From a phage: 64,000 nt of DNA. The notes beneath the pieces are model-generated. The model was not told the DNA's origin. It saw only the letters and a list, made by a program, of their open reading frames with translations, and made no database searches. A program made the translations under genes and the position numbers. How positions within the stretch are numbered: position 1 is the stretch's first letter; every line of letters begins with the position of its first letter. Positions 1 to 12,042 of the stretch are shown piece by piece. The stretch is from the sequence record PZ534512.1. One strand, given 5' to 3'.

Positions 1-370
1 TCGAACACTGCATCTTTTTGATACCAGTGTGGTTCAATTCTTTTATTTCCTGAATAGATTTCTAATTTAGAAAGCCATTCATCAAAATCTTTTCTTGATA
101 ATTCTTCTTTTTCGTTAATCTGTGGGTCAATCCAGGCTTTATAGCCAAAGTTATCACAGAACTTTTTAATTTGCCCGACCAAGCCGAATGGAAGAAGGCG
201 ATTATAATCTAAAAGACGGATTCGTCCATCCCAGTTGCCATATCTGAAGCGAGGATTAAACCTATATCCATCGGCCTCAAACGAAAAGAAATCTCTTAAT
301 TCGTGGAACGTGCTCTCTTCACAATCGATGCGTACATGACTGAAGTCGTGAAAATGTACTTTAATATCCA
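1..370 (-). CDS. uvsW: UvsW helicase, N-terminal fragment (runs off window edge)
   Basis: Minus-strand translation from ATG at 370 reads MDIKVHFHDFSHVRIDCEESTFHELRDFFSFEADGYRFNPRF..., matching recalled T4 UvsW N-terminus; truncated by window start. Confidence 0.85.
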
Positions 371-373
371 TAA

Positions 374-991
374 TTATGCCTTACTAAATTTGCCTTTAGA
401 ATCTCTTTTCATGAGACGACCTTTAATAAATCCGTCGGGAATAATACCGTCTGGTTGTATTAATTTATTTATTGCACCGTTATTGACCCAAAAAGTTCCT
501 GTGGTAGTCGGTTTGACTTTACATCCTTTTCTGGACTTTCTATTAAGATGAACCATTCCTTTTACAAATCCTTCTGGAACAAGTTCTCCAGGTTTAATAA
601 AAATATTTTTAGTTCCATTAGTGTAACAAGTTGTACCTAATACCGTGCCCGGTGAGTTTTTAAATCTCTTAGCGGAAGATTCTTTCATCTTTGCTATAAC
701 CTCTGTAGTCATAACAATTCCACCAATTCCACCAGGTTTCATATTATAATAATTTTTGCTTTTTATTATTTCAGGAGTTATAATTTCTTCTTCATACATG
801 TACGCTTCTTCGGAAGTTTTAAACTCTTTTAGTATTGTTCTAGAGAAATTGTTTTCACCATATTTCTTTATAGCCTGCTGAATTGCCTTACCGGAACCAA
901 GGTAACCATCATTCAAGTCATCAGTAGAGTGTTTTCCTATATACTTTTTACCGTTTATTAGATTTGTTGTTTCATATACAAAGTGGTACAT
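374..991 (-). CDS. segE: GIY-YIG homing endonuclease, SegE-like (205 aa)
   Basis: N-terminal GIY-YIG-type motifs (YHFVYETTNLINGKKYIGKH...YLGSG); 205 aa; sits between uvsW and inh as segE does in T4. Confidence 0.8.
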   Translation of the reverse strand: MYHFVYETTNLINGKKYIGKHSTDDLNDGYLGSGKAIQQAIKKYGENNFSRTILKEFKTSEEAYMYEEEIITPEIIKSKNYYNMKPGGIGGIVMTTEVIAKMKESSAKRFKNSPGTVLGTTCYTNGTKNIFIKPGELVPEGFVKGMVHLNRKSRKGCKVKPTTTGTFWVNNGAINKLIQPDGIIPDGFIKGRLMKRDSKGKFSKA

Positions 992-1040
992 ACTATTTTC
1001 CGAGTAATAAATATATCTATATTTATACTGAGGAAATATT

Positions 1041-1721
1041 ATGATAGATAAAGATTATATTGCAGAGCTGAAGGCTCTTGATGATAATAAAGAAGCTAAA
1101 GCTAAATTAGCTGAATATGCTGAACAGTTTGGTATAAAAGTCAAAAAGAATAAATCTTTTGATAATATCGTTAATGATATTGAAGAAGCCCTCCAGAAGC
1201 TCGCTAGTGAACCTATGCCAGAGACTGATGGGTTATCTATTAAAGACTTAATTGATGCTGCTGATGCTGCAGACGGATTAAAATATGACGATGAAGAAGT
1301 CAATCCAGAGGCAGCACTTCTGATTGATTCTCCGGTTAAATCTGACATTAAAATTGAAGTAGTAGAAACGGATAAAATTCCTGAAAATACCGATGTTTTG
1401 ATTGAAGATACTCCTTTTGTTGAAGAAAAATTCGAGCAGGCTGTAGCTGAGATTATTGAATCTGAAAAGCTGTCTGTATTTACTCTTCCGGAAAACTTTA
1501 GTCCGAATCTTCAGCTGATTGGAAAAAATCCAGGATTCTGCACCGTTCCTTGGTGGATTTACCAGTGGATTGCTGAAACTCCGGATTGGAAATCTCACCC
1601 AACTAGTTTTGAACACGCGTCGGCGCACCAAACTTTATTTAGCTTAATTTATTACATTAATCGCGACGGATCAGTTCTAATTCGTGAAACACGTAATTCT
1701 TCTTTCGTAACATTAAAATAA
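1041..1721 (+). CDS. inh: Inh, inhibitor of prohead protease gp21 (226 aa)
   Basis: Size and position next to hoc match T4 inh; assigned by synteny. Confidence 0.65.
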   Translation: MIDKDYIAELKALDDNKEAKAKLAEYAEQFGIKVKKNKSFDNIVNDIEEALQKLASEPMPETDGLSIKDLIDAADAADGLKYDDEEVNPEAALLIDSPVKSDIKIEVVETDKIPENTDVLIEDTPFVEEKFEQAVAEIIESEKLSVFTLPENFSPNLQLIGKNPGFCTVPWWIYQWIAETPDWKSHPTSFEHASAHQTLFSLIYYINRDGSVLIRETRNSSFVTLK

Positions 1722-1730
1722 GGATAACTT

Positions 1731-3149
1731 ATGGCTTTTACAGTTGATATAACTCCTAAAACACCTACTGGAGTTATAGATGAGACTAAGCAGTTTACTG
1801 CTACGCCCAGTGGTCAAACTGGAGATGGACCTATTACCTATGCTTGGACTGTTGATGATGCACCGCAGGAAGAAACGTCTGCAACTTTTAGTTATGTACT
1901 AAAAGGTCCTGCTGGACAAAAGACTATTAAGGTAGTTGCAACAAATCCAGTTCCTGATTCTGAAGCTGAAACAGCTGAAATTAGTACAACTATCACAGTT
2001 CAAAATAAGACACAAACAACTACTTTAGCTGTAACTCCTGGTAGCCCTGATGCTGGAGTGATTGGAACTCCAATTGAATTTACCGCTGCCTTAGCTTCAC
2101 AGCCATCAGGTGCAAACGCTACGTATCAATGGCACGTTGACGGTTCTCCTGTAGACGAAGCAACTGACGCTACATTCAATTACACTCCTGACACAAGCGG
2201 AGTTAAAAAAATCAAGTGTGTAGCTCAAGTAACTGCGGCAGATTATGATGCACTAAGCGTTACTTCTAATGAAGTATCATTGACTGTTAATAAAAAGACG
2301 CAGACGACTACCTTGGCAGTAACTCCTGATAGTCCTCCAGCTGGAGTGATTGGAACAGCCGTTCAATTTACTGCTGCCTTAGCTTCTCAACCTGATGGAG
2401 CATCTGCTACGTATCAGTGGTATGTAGATGATTCACAAGTTGGTGGAGAAACTAACTCTACATTTAACTATACTCCAACTACAAGTGGAGTAAAAAGAAT
2501 TAAATGCGTAGCTCAAGTAACTGCTGAAAATTACAATGAAAAGGAAGTTACTTCTAATGAAGTATCATTAACGGTTAATAAGAAGACAATGAATCCACAG
2601 GTTACATTGACTCCTCCTTCTATTAACGTTCAGCAAGATGCTTCGGCTACATTTACTGCTAATGTCACTGATGCTCCAGAAGAAGCGCAAATTGAATATT
2701 CATGGAAGAAAGATTCTTCTCCTGTAGAAGGATCAACTAATGTATATACAGTTGATACCTCATCTATTGGAAGTCAAACTATTGAAGTTACTGCAACTGT
2801 TACTGCTGCTGATTATGATAGCAAAACTATCACAGCAGAAGGTCAAGTTCAGGTAACTGATAAAGTTGCTCCAGAACCAGAAGGTGAATTGCCTTATGTT
2901 CATCCTCTTCCACATCGTACTTCGGCTTATATCTGGTGCGGTTGGTGGGTTATGGATGAAATCCAAAAAATGACCGAAGAAGGTAAAGATTGGAAAACTG
3001 AAGATCCAGATAGTAAATACTACCTGCATCGTTACACCCTTCAGAAGATGATGAAAGACTATCCAGAAGTTGATGTTCAAGAATCACGTAATGGATACAT
3101 CATTCATAAAACTGCTTTAGAAACTGGTATCATCTATACCTATCCATAA
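1731..3149 (+). CDS. hoc: Hoc, highly immunogenic outer capsid protein, with extra Ig-like domain (472 aa)
   Basis: Tandem ~96-aa Ig-like repeats (KTQTTTLAVTP...YQW.VD...VTSNEVSLTVNKKT) plus C-terminal capsid-binding region; position between inh and rnlB. Confidence 0.85.
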   Translation: MAFTVDITPKTPTGVIDETKQFTATPSGQTGDGPITYAWTVDDAPQEETSATFSYVLKGPAGQKTIKVVATNPVPDSEAETAEISTTITVQNKTQTTTLAVTPGSPDAGVIGTPIEFTAALASQPSGANATYQWHVDGSPVDEATDATFNYTPDTSGVKKIKCVAQVTAADYDALSVTSNEVSLTVNKKTQTTTLAVTPDSPPAGVIGTAVQFTAALASQPDGASATYQWYVDDSQVGGETNSTFNYTPTTSGVKRIKCVAQVTAENYNEKEVTSNEVSLTVNKKTMNPQVTLTPPSINVQQDASATFTANVTDAPEEAQIEYSWKKDSSPVEGSTNVYTVDTSSIGSQTIEVTATVTAADYDSKTITAEGQVQVTDKVAPEPEGELPYVHPLPHRTSAYIWCGWWVMDEIQKMTEEGKDWKTEDPDSKYYLHRYTLQKMMKDYPEVDVQESRNGYIIHKTALETGIIYTYP

Positions 3150-3153
3150 TCAT

Positions 3154-3178
3154 AAGGGGCTTCGGCCCCTTTCTTCAT
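3154..3178 (+). terminator. intrinsic terminator after hoc
   Basis: AGGGGC-TTCG-GCCCCT followed by a T-rich tract. Confidence 0.7.
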
Positions 3179-3238
3179 TTTGAAAGCACACAAAACACAC
3201 TCAGAAAATGATGTATATAATGGCACCAACTCGATAAC

Positions 3239-3454
3239 ATGAGATTGATTATGAGAACTGAGGTTGTGGTGTTTACTCTTCATGAGTCTGGAAAGTCATT
3301 CATTGAAATTGCTCGTGAATTGAACTTACAGGCAAAGGAAGTGGCTGTTTTATGGGCTCGAGCTATGACTGCTAAGAATAAATTTGAAACTCGAGAAAAA
3401 GTTGTCTATAGAAAAAGGCATATTAATAAAAAGGTGAAAAATGGAACAGTATGA
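3239..3454 (+). CDS. hypothetical small protein (T4 24.3 position)
   Basis: ORF between hoc and rnlB; synteny only. Confidence 0.45.
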   Translation: MRLIMRTEVVVFTLHESGKSFIEIARELNLQAKEVAVLWARAMTAKNKFETREKVVYRKRHINKKVKNGTV

Positions 3455-3719
3455 TCTTTATGAAAATGAATCTTTTGCTAATCAATTACGTGAAAAAGCA
3501 CTTAAAAGTAAACAGTTTAAGCTAGAGTGTTTTATTAAAGATTTTTCGGAACTTGCTAATAAAGCAGCTGAACAAGGTAAAACATATTTTAGTTATTATT
3601 GTACTGCTCGCGATAAATTGATTACTGAGGAAATTGGTGATTGGCTGAGAAAAGAAGGATTTAATTTTAAAGTCAATAGTGATCAGCGTGATGGTGATTG
3701 GTTAGAAATTACATTTTGA
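3441..3719 (+). CDS. hypothetical small protein (T4 24.2 position)
   Basis: ORF between hoc and rnlB; synteny only. Confidence 0.45.
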   Translation: MEQYDLYENESFANQLREKALKSKQFKLECFIKDFSELANKAAEQGKTYFSYYCTARDKLITEEIGDWLRKEGFNFKVNSDQRDGDWLEITF

Positions 3720-3728
3720 GGATTAATT

Positions 3729-4733
3729 ATGTTTAAAAAGTATAGCAGTCTTGAAAATCATTACAACTCTAAATTTATTGAAAAACTTTATAGCTTAGGA
3801 TTGACTGGCGGCGAATGGGTAGCTCGTGAAAAGATTCACGGCACAAATTTCTCATTGATTATTGAGCGTGATAAAGTAACTTGCGCTAAACGTACTGGAC
3901 CGATTCTTCCTGCTGAAGATTTCTTCGGTTATGAAATTATTTTAAAGAATTACGAAGATTCTATTAAAGCTGTCCAAGAAATTATGGAAACTTCAGCTGT
4001 TGTGACTTATCAAGTTTTTGGCGAATTCGCTGGACCTGGCATTCAGAAGAATGTTGATTATGGCGATAAAGATTTTTATGTATTTGACATTATTGTCACT
4101 ACCGAAAGTGGTGATGTAACTTATGTTGATGATTACATGATGGAATCGTTTTGTAATTCATTTGGGTTTAAAATCGCTCCACTTTTGGGTCGTGGTAAAT
4201 TTGAAGATCTTATTAAACTTCCAAATGATTTGGATTCTGTTGTTCCGTCTTATAATTTTACAGTAGATAATGCAGGTTTAATTGACGCTAACAAATGCGT
4301 TTGGAAAGCTGAAGCCAAAGGCGAAGTATTTACCGCTGAAGGATATGTATTGAAACCTTGTTATCCTTCTTGGCTGCCTAATCGCAATCGTGTAGCCATC
4401 AAATGCAAGAATTCTAAATTTAGTGAAAAGAAAAAGTCTGATAAGCCTATTAAAGCTAAAGTTGAACTGTCAGAAGCTGATAACAAATTGGTGGGGATTT
4501 TAGCTTGTTACGTTACACTAAACCGAGTAAATAACGTTATTTCTAAAATTGGTGAAATTGGTCCAAAGGATTTTGGAAAGGTGATGGGGCTAACTGTCCA
4601 AGATATTTTGGAAGAAACTTCTCGTGAAGGTATTACTCTAACTCAAGCAGATAATCCTTCTTTGATTAAGAAGGAATTAGTTAAAATGGTACAAGATGTA
4701 CTTCGTCCGGCTTGGATTGAATTGGTAAGTTAA
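3729..4733 (+). CDS. rnlB: RNA ligase 2 (Rnl2), 334 aa
   Basis: Translation [43 protein letters not shown]... matches recalled T4 Rnl2, including the KxHGxN ligase motif; 334 aa. Confidence 0.92.
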   Translation: MFKKYSSLENHYNSKFIEKLYSLGLTGGEWVAREKIHGTNFSLIIERDKVTCAKRTGPILPAEDFFGYEIILKNYEDSIKAVQEIMETSAVVTYQVFGEFAGPGIQKNVDYGDKDFYVFDIIVTTESGDVTYVDDYMMESFCNSFGFKIAPLLGRGKFEDLIKLPNDLDSVVPSYNFTVDNAGLIDANKCVWKAEAKGEVFTAEGYVLKPCYPSWLPNRNRVAIKCKNSKFSEKKKSDKPIKAKVELSEADNKLVGILACYVTLNRVNNVISKIGEIGPKDFGKVMGLTVQDILEETSREGITLTQADNPSLIKKELVKMVQDVLRPAWIELVS

Positions 4734-4735
4734 AT

Positions 4736-4765
4736 AAAAAGGGACCTTTCGGTCCCTTTGTTTTA
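4736..4765. terminator. bidirectional terminator between rnlB (+) and gene 24 (-)
   Basis: AAAAAGGGACC-TTTC-GGTCCCTTTGTTTT: hairpin with A-run before and T-run after. Confidence 0.7.
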
Positions 4766-6046
4766 TTCATCAATGATAATTTTTGGTAGCTTAACACCTA
4801 ATAAAACAGACAAATCTGAACGACCCGCCATTTTATCCATGTCTCCACCATCAATTACTCTTGCTTCTTTTTCATCTTTTGCTACGGTGTAAGGATTTGC
4901 TGATAAAGCATATCTAACTAATAAACCGATAGATGGCTGCAAACTTTCTGGGTCAACAACAACTTTAAATGCACCTACATGTTCAGGGTCATCTAAGTCG
5001 AGACCTTCTGTATATGGAGCATAGAAAATTGATCCAACAATTTCTTTTTCACCGATATTTTCTACTACACCAACGATTACATAATCTAATGGGCTGTTAG
5101 TATCGCAATAAAGCGGTAAACCATTAGCTAAGAACCCGTAGGCATTTTGTGAAAGATATTTATCATCTTCTGGTTTATGTTTTAACCAACCTGATGCAGC
5201 AAGAATCGCGGCGGCACGAGCTGAAGCAACACAGAACGTTGCTGTATAAGTTGATTCTTTTTGGATATGTGAAACCATTTCACATACCATTCGATATAAT
5301 GAACGACCCGCTTCAGGTGCAGATGCATAACTCAAATCAATGAATCCAGTATCAGTAATTCCTGTAACTTTATAACGTTTTGATACTGTAATCAAAGACT
5401 GCAGAATATCTTTATTGATTTCATCTGCCATTTCGGTTGCAAGCAAATCTTCCAAGAAATTAGGAGCATCGAATCCATTTGCTTCTAAATCTTGTGCTAA
5501 TTCAACTGTAATGCCAGTTTTAAGTTTACGAGATTTAACTGCGGTTTGCCATTTATTAATCTGGAATCTAGCATCCGCAATTTCACTATCAGAGCTTTCA
5601 AATTTGCTTGTTACTGCAGCATCAGAAAATAGACGAACCTTTAAAAGAACAATTGCAATCTGAAGAGCCAATTCTAAATCGCTTTCTTCAATATCAGCAA
5701 ATGGTGTATCTTCTAATACTTTATAAACGATATTATTATATTTGAATAAATCGCCTTTATTGAGAGTTAATTTAGACTCTTCTGTTAATTCTGTGATTTG
5801 TTCTCGGTCTACATATCCAGCTTCGCCAGCATAAGTAGCACCAGTTTTAAATGTAAATTCGTTGTCTGGGTTAAGGTATTTGATACCATAAAAAGCAGCA
5901 ACAGGTTGATTAGTTCTTTGCGTTGCTACAATGTCAGAATATATTAATTTAGTGGTAGCGCGAGTCAAAGCAACGAGATTTGGGCGACCGATTGAGTTGC
6001 TATTCGTTGTGGTTGATTCGCGCAGAAGTTCGTTGATTTTAGCCAT
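4763..6046 (-). CDS. 24: gp24 head vertex protein (427 aa)
   Basis: 427 aa as in T4 gp24; adjacent to gene 23; HK97-like capsid fold paralog of gp23. Confidence 0.9.
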   Translation of the reverse strand: MAKINELLRESTTTNSNSIGRPNLVALTRATTKLIYSDIVATQRTNQPVAAFYGIKYLNPDNEFTFKTGATYAGEAGYVDREQITELTEESKLTLNKGDLFKYNNIVYKVLEDTPFADIEESDLELALQIAIVLLKVRLFSDAAVTSKFESSDSEIADARFQINKWQTAVKSRKLKTGITVELAQDLEANGFDAPNFLEDLLATEMADEINKDILQSLITVSKRYKVTGITDTGFIDLSYASAPEAGRSLYRMVCEMVSHIQKESTYTATFCVASARAAAILAASGWLKHKPEDDKYLSQNAYGFLANGLPLYCDTNSPLDYVIVGVVENIGEKEIVGSIFYAPYTEGLDLDDPEHVGAFKVVVDPESLQPSIGLLVRYALSANPYTVAKDEKEARVIDGGDMDKMAGRSDLSVLLGVKLPKIIIDE

Positions 6047-6073
6047 TGCGCTTTCCTTTTGGTTTATATGATT

Positions 6074-6081
6074 TATTTATA
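6074..6081 (-). promoter_or_regulatory. late promoter (TATAAATA) for gene 24
   Basis: Plus-strand TATTTATA about 28 nt upstream of the gene 24 ATG. Confidence 0.65.
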
Positions 6082-6097
6082 CCATAAAAACAACTAA

Positions 6098-6115
6098 AGG
6101 GACCCGAAGGTCCCT
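6098..6115 (-). terminator. hairpin after gene 23
   Basis: AGGGACC-CGAA-GGTCCCT between the gene 23 stop and the gene 24 late promoter. Confidence 0.5.
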
Positions 6116-6129
6116 TAAATCGTCAAAGA

Positions 6130-7695
6130 TTAGATACCTTTAACATATACACGGCGGAAGTAAGCGTTTTTACCAAGGCTATTCAGAATAGAAGGCATAC
6201 CGCTCTGGATGCGAGAAGCCGGAGCCTGAGCAGCGGATTCTGCAAATGGGTTGATACCGATACCGTAACGAGTTTTGAATCCCATTACCGGTTGGAAGTT
6301 CTTCGGATCGGAACCACGCAGCGGAGTCAGAGCTACATATGGAGCATAGTAAATACCAGCATCCATTTCGTTAGGACCTTTATAACCTACAGTGAAATAA
6401 TCCTGTTTAGCATACTGGTCGATATATACGCGGTATTTACCACCCAGAACACCAGCAAATACTGACTTGGTAGTATCAGTGTTAAAGCCGGTAGCCAGAC
6501 CTTGTGCAGCATAAGAAATGCCGGTATCAACTGAAGCCAGAACGTTAACTACGTTACGGGAAGCGATAATGAAGTTACCTTCACCACGACCGGTCTGACG
6601 AGCAATTTCAACTGCTTCTTTGTCAATCTGGAACAACAGAGCTTTAAAGGATTCACCCGCCCAGCGAGCACCACGAATATCAATCGGATCCTGGAAGTCA
6701 AATACACCAGCTTTAGAACCCGGAGTCAGGGTCATACCAGATTTACCAACCTGAGCTGAGTAGTTAATCCAATCAACAACTTCACGGTTGATTTCCAGCA
6801 TGATTTCGGTAGCCAGAATACCAGACAGTTCAGCATCAGCATCCATACCGTGAACAGCGCGGAGGTCTTGTGCTAATTCGATAGAGTAAGCAGCTTTCAG
6901 CTGACGAGATTTAGCTTCGATAACTTGTTTATCGATACGGAAGCCCATTTCATTCCATGGGTTATCGGTAGAACCGTTGAAACCTTCCTGAAGTTCAGCG
7001 ATAGAAGTAGCCATACCTTCGGCGATTTCTACCAGTACACCAGCTTCCATTTGTTTCTTAATTTCAGCATCTAATTTAGCTGCATCGTTAGCACTAGCAT
7101 CGATTGTTACTACAGCGGAAGCTTGCAGATACACAGTACCAGTTTCCTGGAAGAAGTGAGTATAGATGTCACCTACAACAGTTTCTGTGCTAGCAGCCAA
7201 AGCTGGGAATTTCTTAGCAGCACCCTGACCAGAGAACATTGCATCTGGACCATACATTGGGTGGAATGCTTCTTTAGCACCGGCAGCGATTGGGTCTTTA
7301 CCATATACTGCGCGCAGTGCGAATACCTGGCCAGTCGGGCTGTTCATCGGCTGAACACCGCAAATATCGAAAGCAATCAGGTTAGGAATAGCACGACGTA
7401 CCATACCCATAACAGCTGGGCCAATCTGAGTTACTGCGCCAGAAGTCTGACCAGCAGCGATGTTAGTAGCGTTGTAACCGTGGTCACCACCGATTTCAGC
7501 TTCTGTTAAGAAAGAACCGAACGCCTGAGCGATTTTTTCGTCTTTGTATTCTGGAGCTGTCTGGAAATCTTTTTCCTGGTTTTCAAAGATTTTAGCGATA
7601 ATCGCTTGTTTGCTATTAGCAATTTCCGGTAAACCTTCACCTTCCAGTAATGGCTTCCATTTGTTCAAAAGTTCAGCTTTAGTTTTGATAGTCAT
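6130..7695 (-). CDS. 23: gp23 major capsid protein (521 aa)
   Basis: 521 aa as in T4 gp23; N-terminus MTIKTKAELLNKWKPLLEGEGLPEIANSKQAIIAKIFENQEKDFQTAPEYKDEKIAQAFGSFLTEAEIGGDHGY; TATAAATA late promoter upstream. Confidence 0.95.
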   Translation of the reverse strand: MTIKTKAELLNKWKPLLEGEGLPEIANSKQAIIAKIFENQEKDFQTAPEYKDEKIAQAFGSFLTEAEIGGDHGYNATNIAAGQTSGAVTQIGPAVMGMVRRAIPNLIAFDICGVQPMNSPTGQVFALRAVYGKDPIAAGAKEAFHPMYGPDAMFSGQGAAKKFPALAASTETVVGDIYTHFFQETGTVYLQASAVVTIDASANDAAKLDAEIKKQMEAGVLVEIAEGMATSIAELQEGFNGSTDNPWNEMGFRIDKQVIEAKSRQLKAAYSIELAQDLRAVHGMDADAELSGILATEIMLEINREVVDWINYSAQVGKSGMTLTPGSKAGVFDFQDPIDIRGARWAGESFKALLFQIDKEAVEIARQTGRGEGNFIIASRNVVNVLASVDTGISYAAQGLATGFNTDTTKSVFAGVLGGKYRVYIDQYAKQDYFTVGYKGPNEMDAGIYYAPYVALTPLRGSDPKNFQPVMGFKTRYGIGINPFAESAAQAPASRIQSGMPSILNSLGKNAYFRRVYVKGI

Positions 7696-7713
7696 TTGTG
7701 TTAACCTTTAAAA

Positions 7714-8523
7714 TTAGAAACGAGATGCGACTTTCGCATATACACTTACAATATCTTCTGCACCCTGTGCAGCTTTATCTTCTACAGCTTCAGTGACGAA
7801 ATTCAGTCCGGCTGCTTCAGTATCAGGAGTATTTATACTCTCAGTAATAGTGCTTTCATCTTTATTAGATTTCTTCACCATTTCTACGATTGCACTCAAT
7901 TTACTTGAGAATGCATCTGAATAATCCATACCTTCGACCAGAGCAGAGACTTTTTCTTTTTGAGACTCAGTCAGATCTTTAGTACTTTCGCTCAATGCCA
8001 CTTCACGCTGCACATAATTGATATATGCGTCACGCTTATTGAGTTCTTCGAACAGACGAGCTGATTCTTCTTTATGTTCTTGCAGCTCTTCTTCCATTTC
8101 AGCTACAATATCAACTGATTCTTCTGGAACAACAACGTTGTGTTCAACAAAGAGCTCTTTTAATCCACCAAGCATGGATTCAAACAGTTCGGCTTTGATG
8201 CCTTTATCAACTGCTAATTTATTTTCAGCGAGCCATTCTTTTGCAAGATGGTCAATGAATTTAGAAGCTTGCTCAGCGATTTTCTTCTCAGCTTTTTCTT
8301 CGGCTTCTTCTTTATTTTTTTCTACTTCTTCTTCTGCTTTTTCAGCAATTTTAGCGATATGAGATTCAGCTAATTTAACGGCGTGCTGCTTGACGGTAGC
8401 TTCGAATACAGTGCCGAAAGTTTCTTTTGCTTCCGGAGAAATATTAACTGATTCGAAAATACTATCAAGAGCAACGGAAGCATCAATTTTTTGCGCTTCA
8501 GCAATCAGTTGTTCTTTAAGCAT
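7714..8523 (-). CDS. 22: gp22 prohead core scaffold protein (269 aa)
   Basis: 269 aa, highly charged helical protein between genes 21 and 23. Confidence 0.9.
   Translation of the reverse strand: MLKEQLIAEAQKIDASVALDSIFESVNISPEAKETFGTVFEATVKQHAVKLAESHIAKIAEKAEEEVEKNKEEAEEKAEKKIAEQASKFIDHLAKEWLAENKLAVDKGIKAELFESMLGGLKELFVEHNVVVPEESVDIVAEMEEELQEHKEESARLFEELNKRDAYINYVQREVALSESTKDLTESQKEKVSALVEGMDYSDAFSSKLSAIVEMVKKSNKDESTITESINTPDTEAAGLNFVTEAVEDKAAQGAEDIVSVYAKVASRF
7830..7837 (-). promoter_or_regulatory. late promoter P23 (TATAAATACTCCTGATA) for gene 23
   Basis: Minus-strand TATAAATACTCC inside the 3' end of gene 22, about 135 nt upstream of the gene 23 ATG. Confidence 0.7.
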
Positions 8524-8550
8524 TTTGTAGTCCTATTGTTTAGATAATAA

Positions 8551-8558
8551 TATTTATA
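8551..8558 (-). promoter_or_regulatory. late promoter (TATAAATA) for gene 22
   Basis: Plus-strand TATTTATA about 28 nt upstream of the gene 22 ATG, overlapping the gene 21 stop. Confidence 0.65.
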
Positions 8559-9192
8559 ACGCTTTTTTCATGGCCTCTGCGAGAGCCATATAGGCGTCAT
8601 CGGCACTTGTATCGGCTTCCGCCGTCTGTGATTCGGTAATTTCCTTAGGAGTTACCCATGCATCTGGAGCACTTGGACCCCATACTGCATCAACACCTAC
8701 AGTTAATTTGAATCCTTCGTTTACGATACGATAACCTTTATTTGTGTCAGTCAATGAACCTAATCCACGAGAAGAAACTCCTGGAATCCATCCGGCACGA
8801 ATATTAGCTGCTAATTTATCTCCAGGACCATGGTCACCTTCAATAACACGAGCTCGTCCGTATACGTCATTTCCTTTCCACCACATATCTTCTATAATGA
8901 TAGCGGCTTGCATCGGGTCAACATTAGCGCGTGGAGGATGATTTAATTCTCCGAGAGCTTGTTTAGTTAAAACTTGCTCATTGATATAGTCTTTTACCGC
9001 TTTTTCTAATATGCGTTTTGGATAAAGACGTTTATTTCTATTGACGACTTCCGCTTGCATGAATATTCCTTCGATGTATAAACCAGGTTTTAAACCTAGG
9101 TCTTTTCCATCATGAGATTCAAGCATTGGCACGCCATCAATAATTTCGCCAGGTTGACCCCAAGTTTCAATTAGTAATTGGGGTTCATTCAT
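8554..9192 (-). CDS. 21: gp21 prohead core protease (212 aa)
   Basis: 212 aa; position between 68 and 22. Confidence 0.9.
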   Translation of the reverse strand: MNEPQLLIETWGQPGEIIDGVPMLESHDGKDLGLKPGLYIEGIFMQAEVVNRNKRLYPKRILEKAVKDYINEQVLTKQALGELNHPPRANVDPMQAAIIIEDMWWKGNDVYGRARVIEGDHGPGDKLAANIRAGWIPGVSSRGLGSLTDTNKGYRIVNEGFKLTVGVDAVWGPSAPDAWVTPKEITESQTAEADTSADDAYMALAEAMKKAL

Positions 9193-9617
9193 TAGCTTAA
9201 TCCTAATGCTTTACGGCGTTTAAGAGCTTTTTTACGCTTACGCTGAGCACGAGATTGACCTGCTGGGTTGGCAATCTTCGTTTTGGTAGCTTTGCGAGCA
9301 ATTTGTCTACGTTTTGCTTTAGACAACCCGGTGGTTTGAAATGCATTACGTTCACGCGTTTTGCGGTCTTTGGTACGTGTAATTTCACCACGAGCAGAAA
9401 CATGTTTAACGATGAATTCATTTAGCGGCATATCTTCATTAATAGAAGCTAATGCAATCGCTAAATCAGTTTCATCATCAAGCATATTCTCGACAATTGT
9501 ATTTATATCGTCTTTATTTAAAGCAGAAGACAATTCGTCAAAGCGACCCTGTGCTTCAGGAATAAGTGCTTCGACATTCTCGAGAACTAATTCATGAGTT
9601 TCAGGGATCAGAAGCAT
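9192..9617 (-). CDS. 68: gp68 prohead core protein (141 aa)
   Basis: Size and position between 67 and 21. Confidence 0.8.
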   Translation of the reverse strand: MLLIPETHELVLENVEALIPEAQGRFDELSSALNKDDINTIVENMLDDETDLAIALASINEDMPLNEFIVKHVSARGEITRTKDRKTRERNAFQTTGLSKAKRRQIARKATKTKIANPAGQSRAQRKRKKALKRRKALGLS

Positions 9618-9870
9618 TATTCATCATCCTCGTCTTCGTCATCTTCATCAGAGTCTTTGTCTTTTTTGTCGTCTTTATCATCGCTATCTTCGTCATCATC
9701 TTCATCTTCATCCTCGTCTTCAGGTTCTTCACCTTCAATTAAGAAATTACGAGCGATAGCAATTTTTTCTTCTTTAATTAAATCAATCGTTCTTGCAGCC
9801 ATGGCTTCAGCAAATAATTTACGAGCGGCTACGAGGTCGTTTGATTTAATAGCTTCAATTAAACCTTCCA

Positions 9871-9871
<1 letters not shown>
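9617..9871 (-). CDS. 67: gp67 prohead core protein with acidic C-terminal tract (84 aa)
   Basis: Small protein between portal gene 20 and gene 68; long D/E tract. Confidence 0.8.
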
Positions 9872-11496
<1,625 letters not shown>

Positions 11497-11528
11497 TTAA
11501 GCAGGATGGGGATTTCTCCCCATTCATT

Positions 11529-12020
11529 TTATTCCCAATAATCGAGAGCGAGAGTTACTTCAAAGGTTTGGATTTCATTGTTTGAATCCCAATCTAATTG
11601 AAGTTCACCCACGTTAGTAGGCCACAGACCTTTAATTTCAATTTCTTTTGTTACTGTTTTAGCGTCACGAGCATATTGACGAACGATAGCGCTCTTTTTA
11701 TACTCTGCAGGTTTTCCACCAGTAATTTCGTTTCCTTGACCAGCAGCAATGCTTTGCCAATCAACGAACTTCTGGCGAGCATCATGTGCCTCATCGTTCA
11801 TTACTGTAACAGTCCAGTCATCGAATGTACGATCGCCTGCCACGTTAATTTTACGGTTCATAAATCCGACTGGAATTTTTTCTACAATACCAGCTGGTAA
11901 AGCAGTGGCTTTACATTGGAACGTAAAATTTTGTCCAAGATAAGAAATTTCTACTTGGAATAAGTTAGGTCGAGCAAAATCACCAGATTCAAACGCTCGT
12001 GTTACATCATCTACAAACAT
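11529..12020 (-). CDS. 19: gp19 tail tube protein (163 aa)
   Basis: 163 aa as in T4 gp19; two TATAAATA boxes upstream. Confidence 0.9.
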   Translation of the reverse strand: MFVDDVTRAFESGDFARPNLFQVEISYLGQNFTFQCKATALPAGIVEKIPVGFMNRKINVAGDRTFDDWTVTVMNDEAHDARQKFVDWQSIAAGQGNEITGGKPAEYKKSAIVRQYARDAKTVTKEIEIKGLWPTNVGELQLDWDSNNEIQTFEVTLALDYWE

Positions 12021-12034
12021 ATTAGCCTCTGTAG

Positions 12035-12042
12035 TATTTATA
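12035..12042 (-). promoter_or_regulatory. late promoter (TATAAATA) for gene 19, proximal
   Basis: Plus-strand TATTTATA 15 nt upstream of the gene 19 ATG. Confidence 0.6.

Noticed and set aside
1055-1631. Minus-strand ORFs overlapping inh
   Set aside because: Antisense to inh; low-complexity translations (Ser/Ala- and Phe/Asn-rich) typical of spurious reverse-frame ORFs in AT-rich DNA.
7123-8362. Plus-strand ORFs of 114-128 aa inside genes 23 and 22
   Set aside because: Antisense or alternate-frame ORFs embedded in recognised structural genes; no promoter or RBS support.
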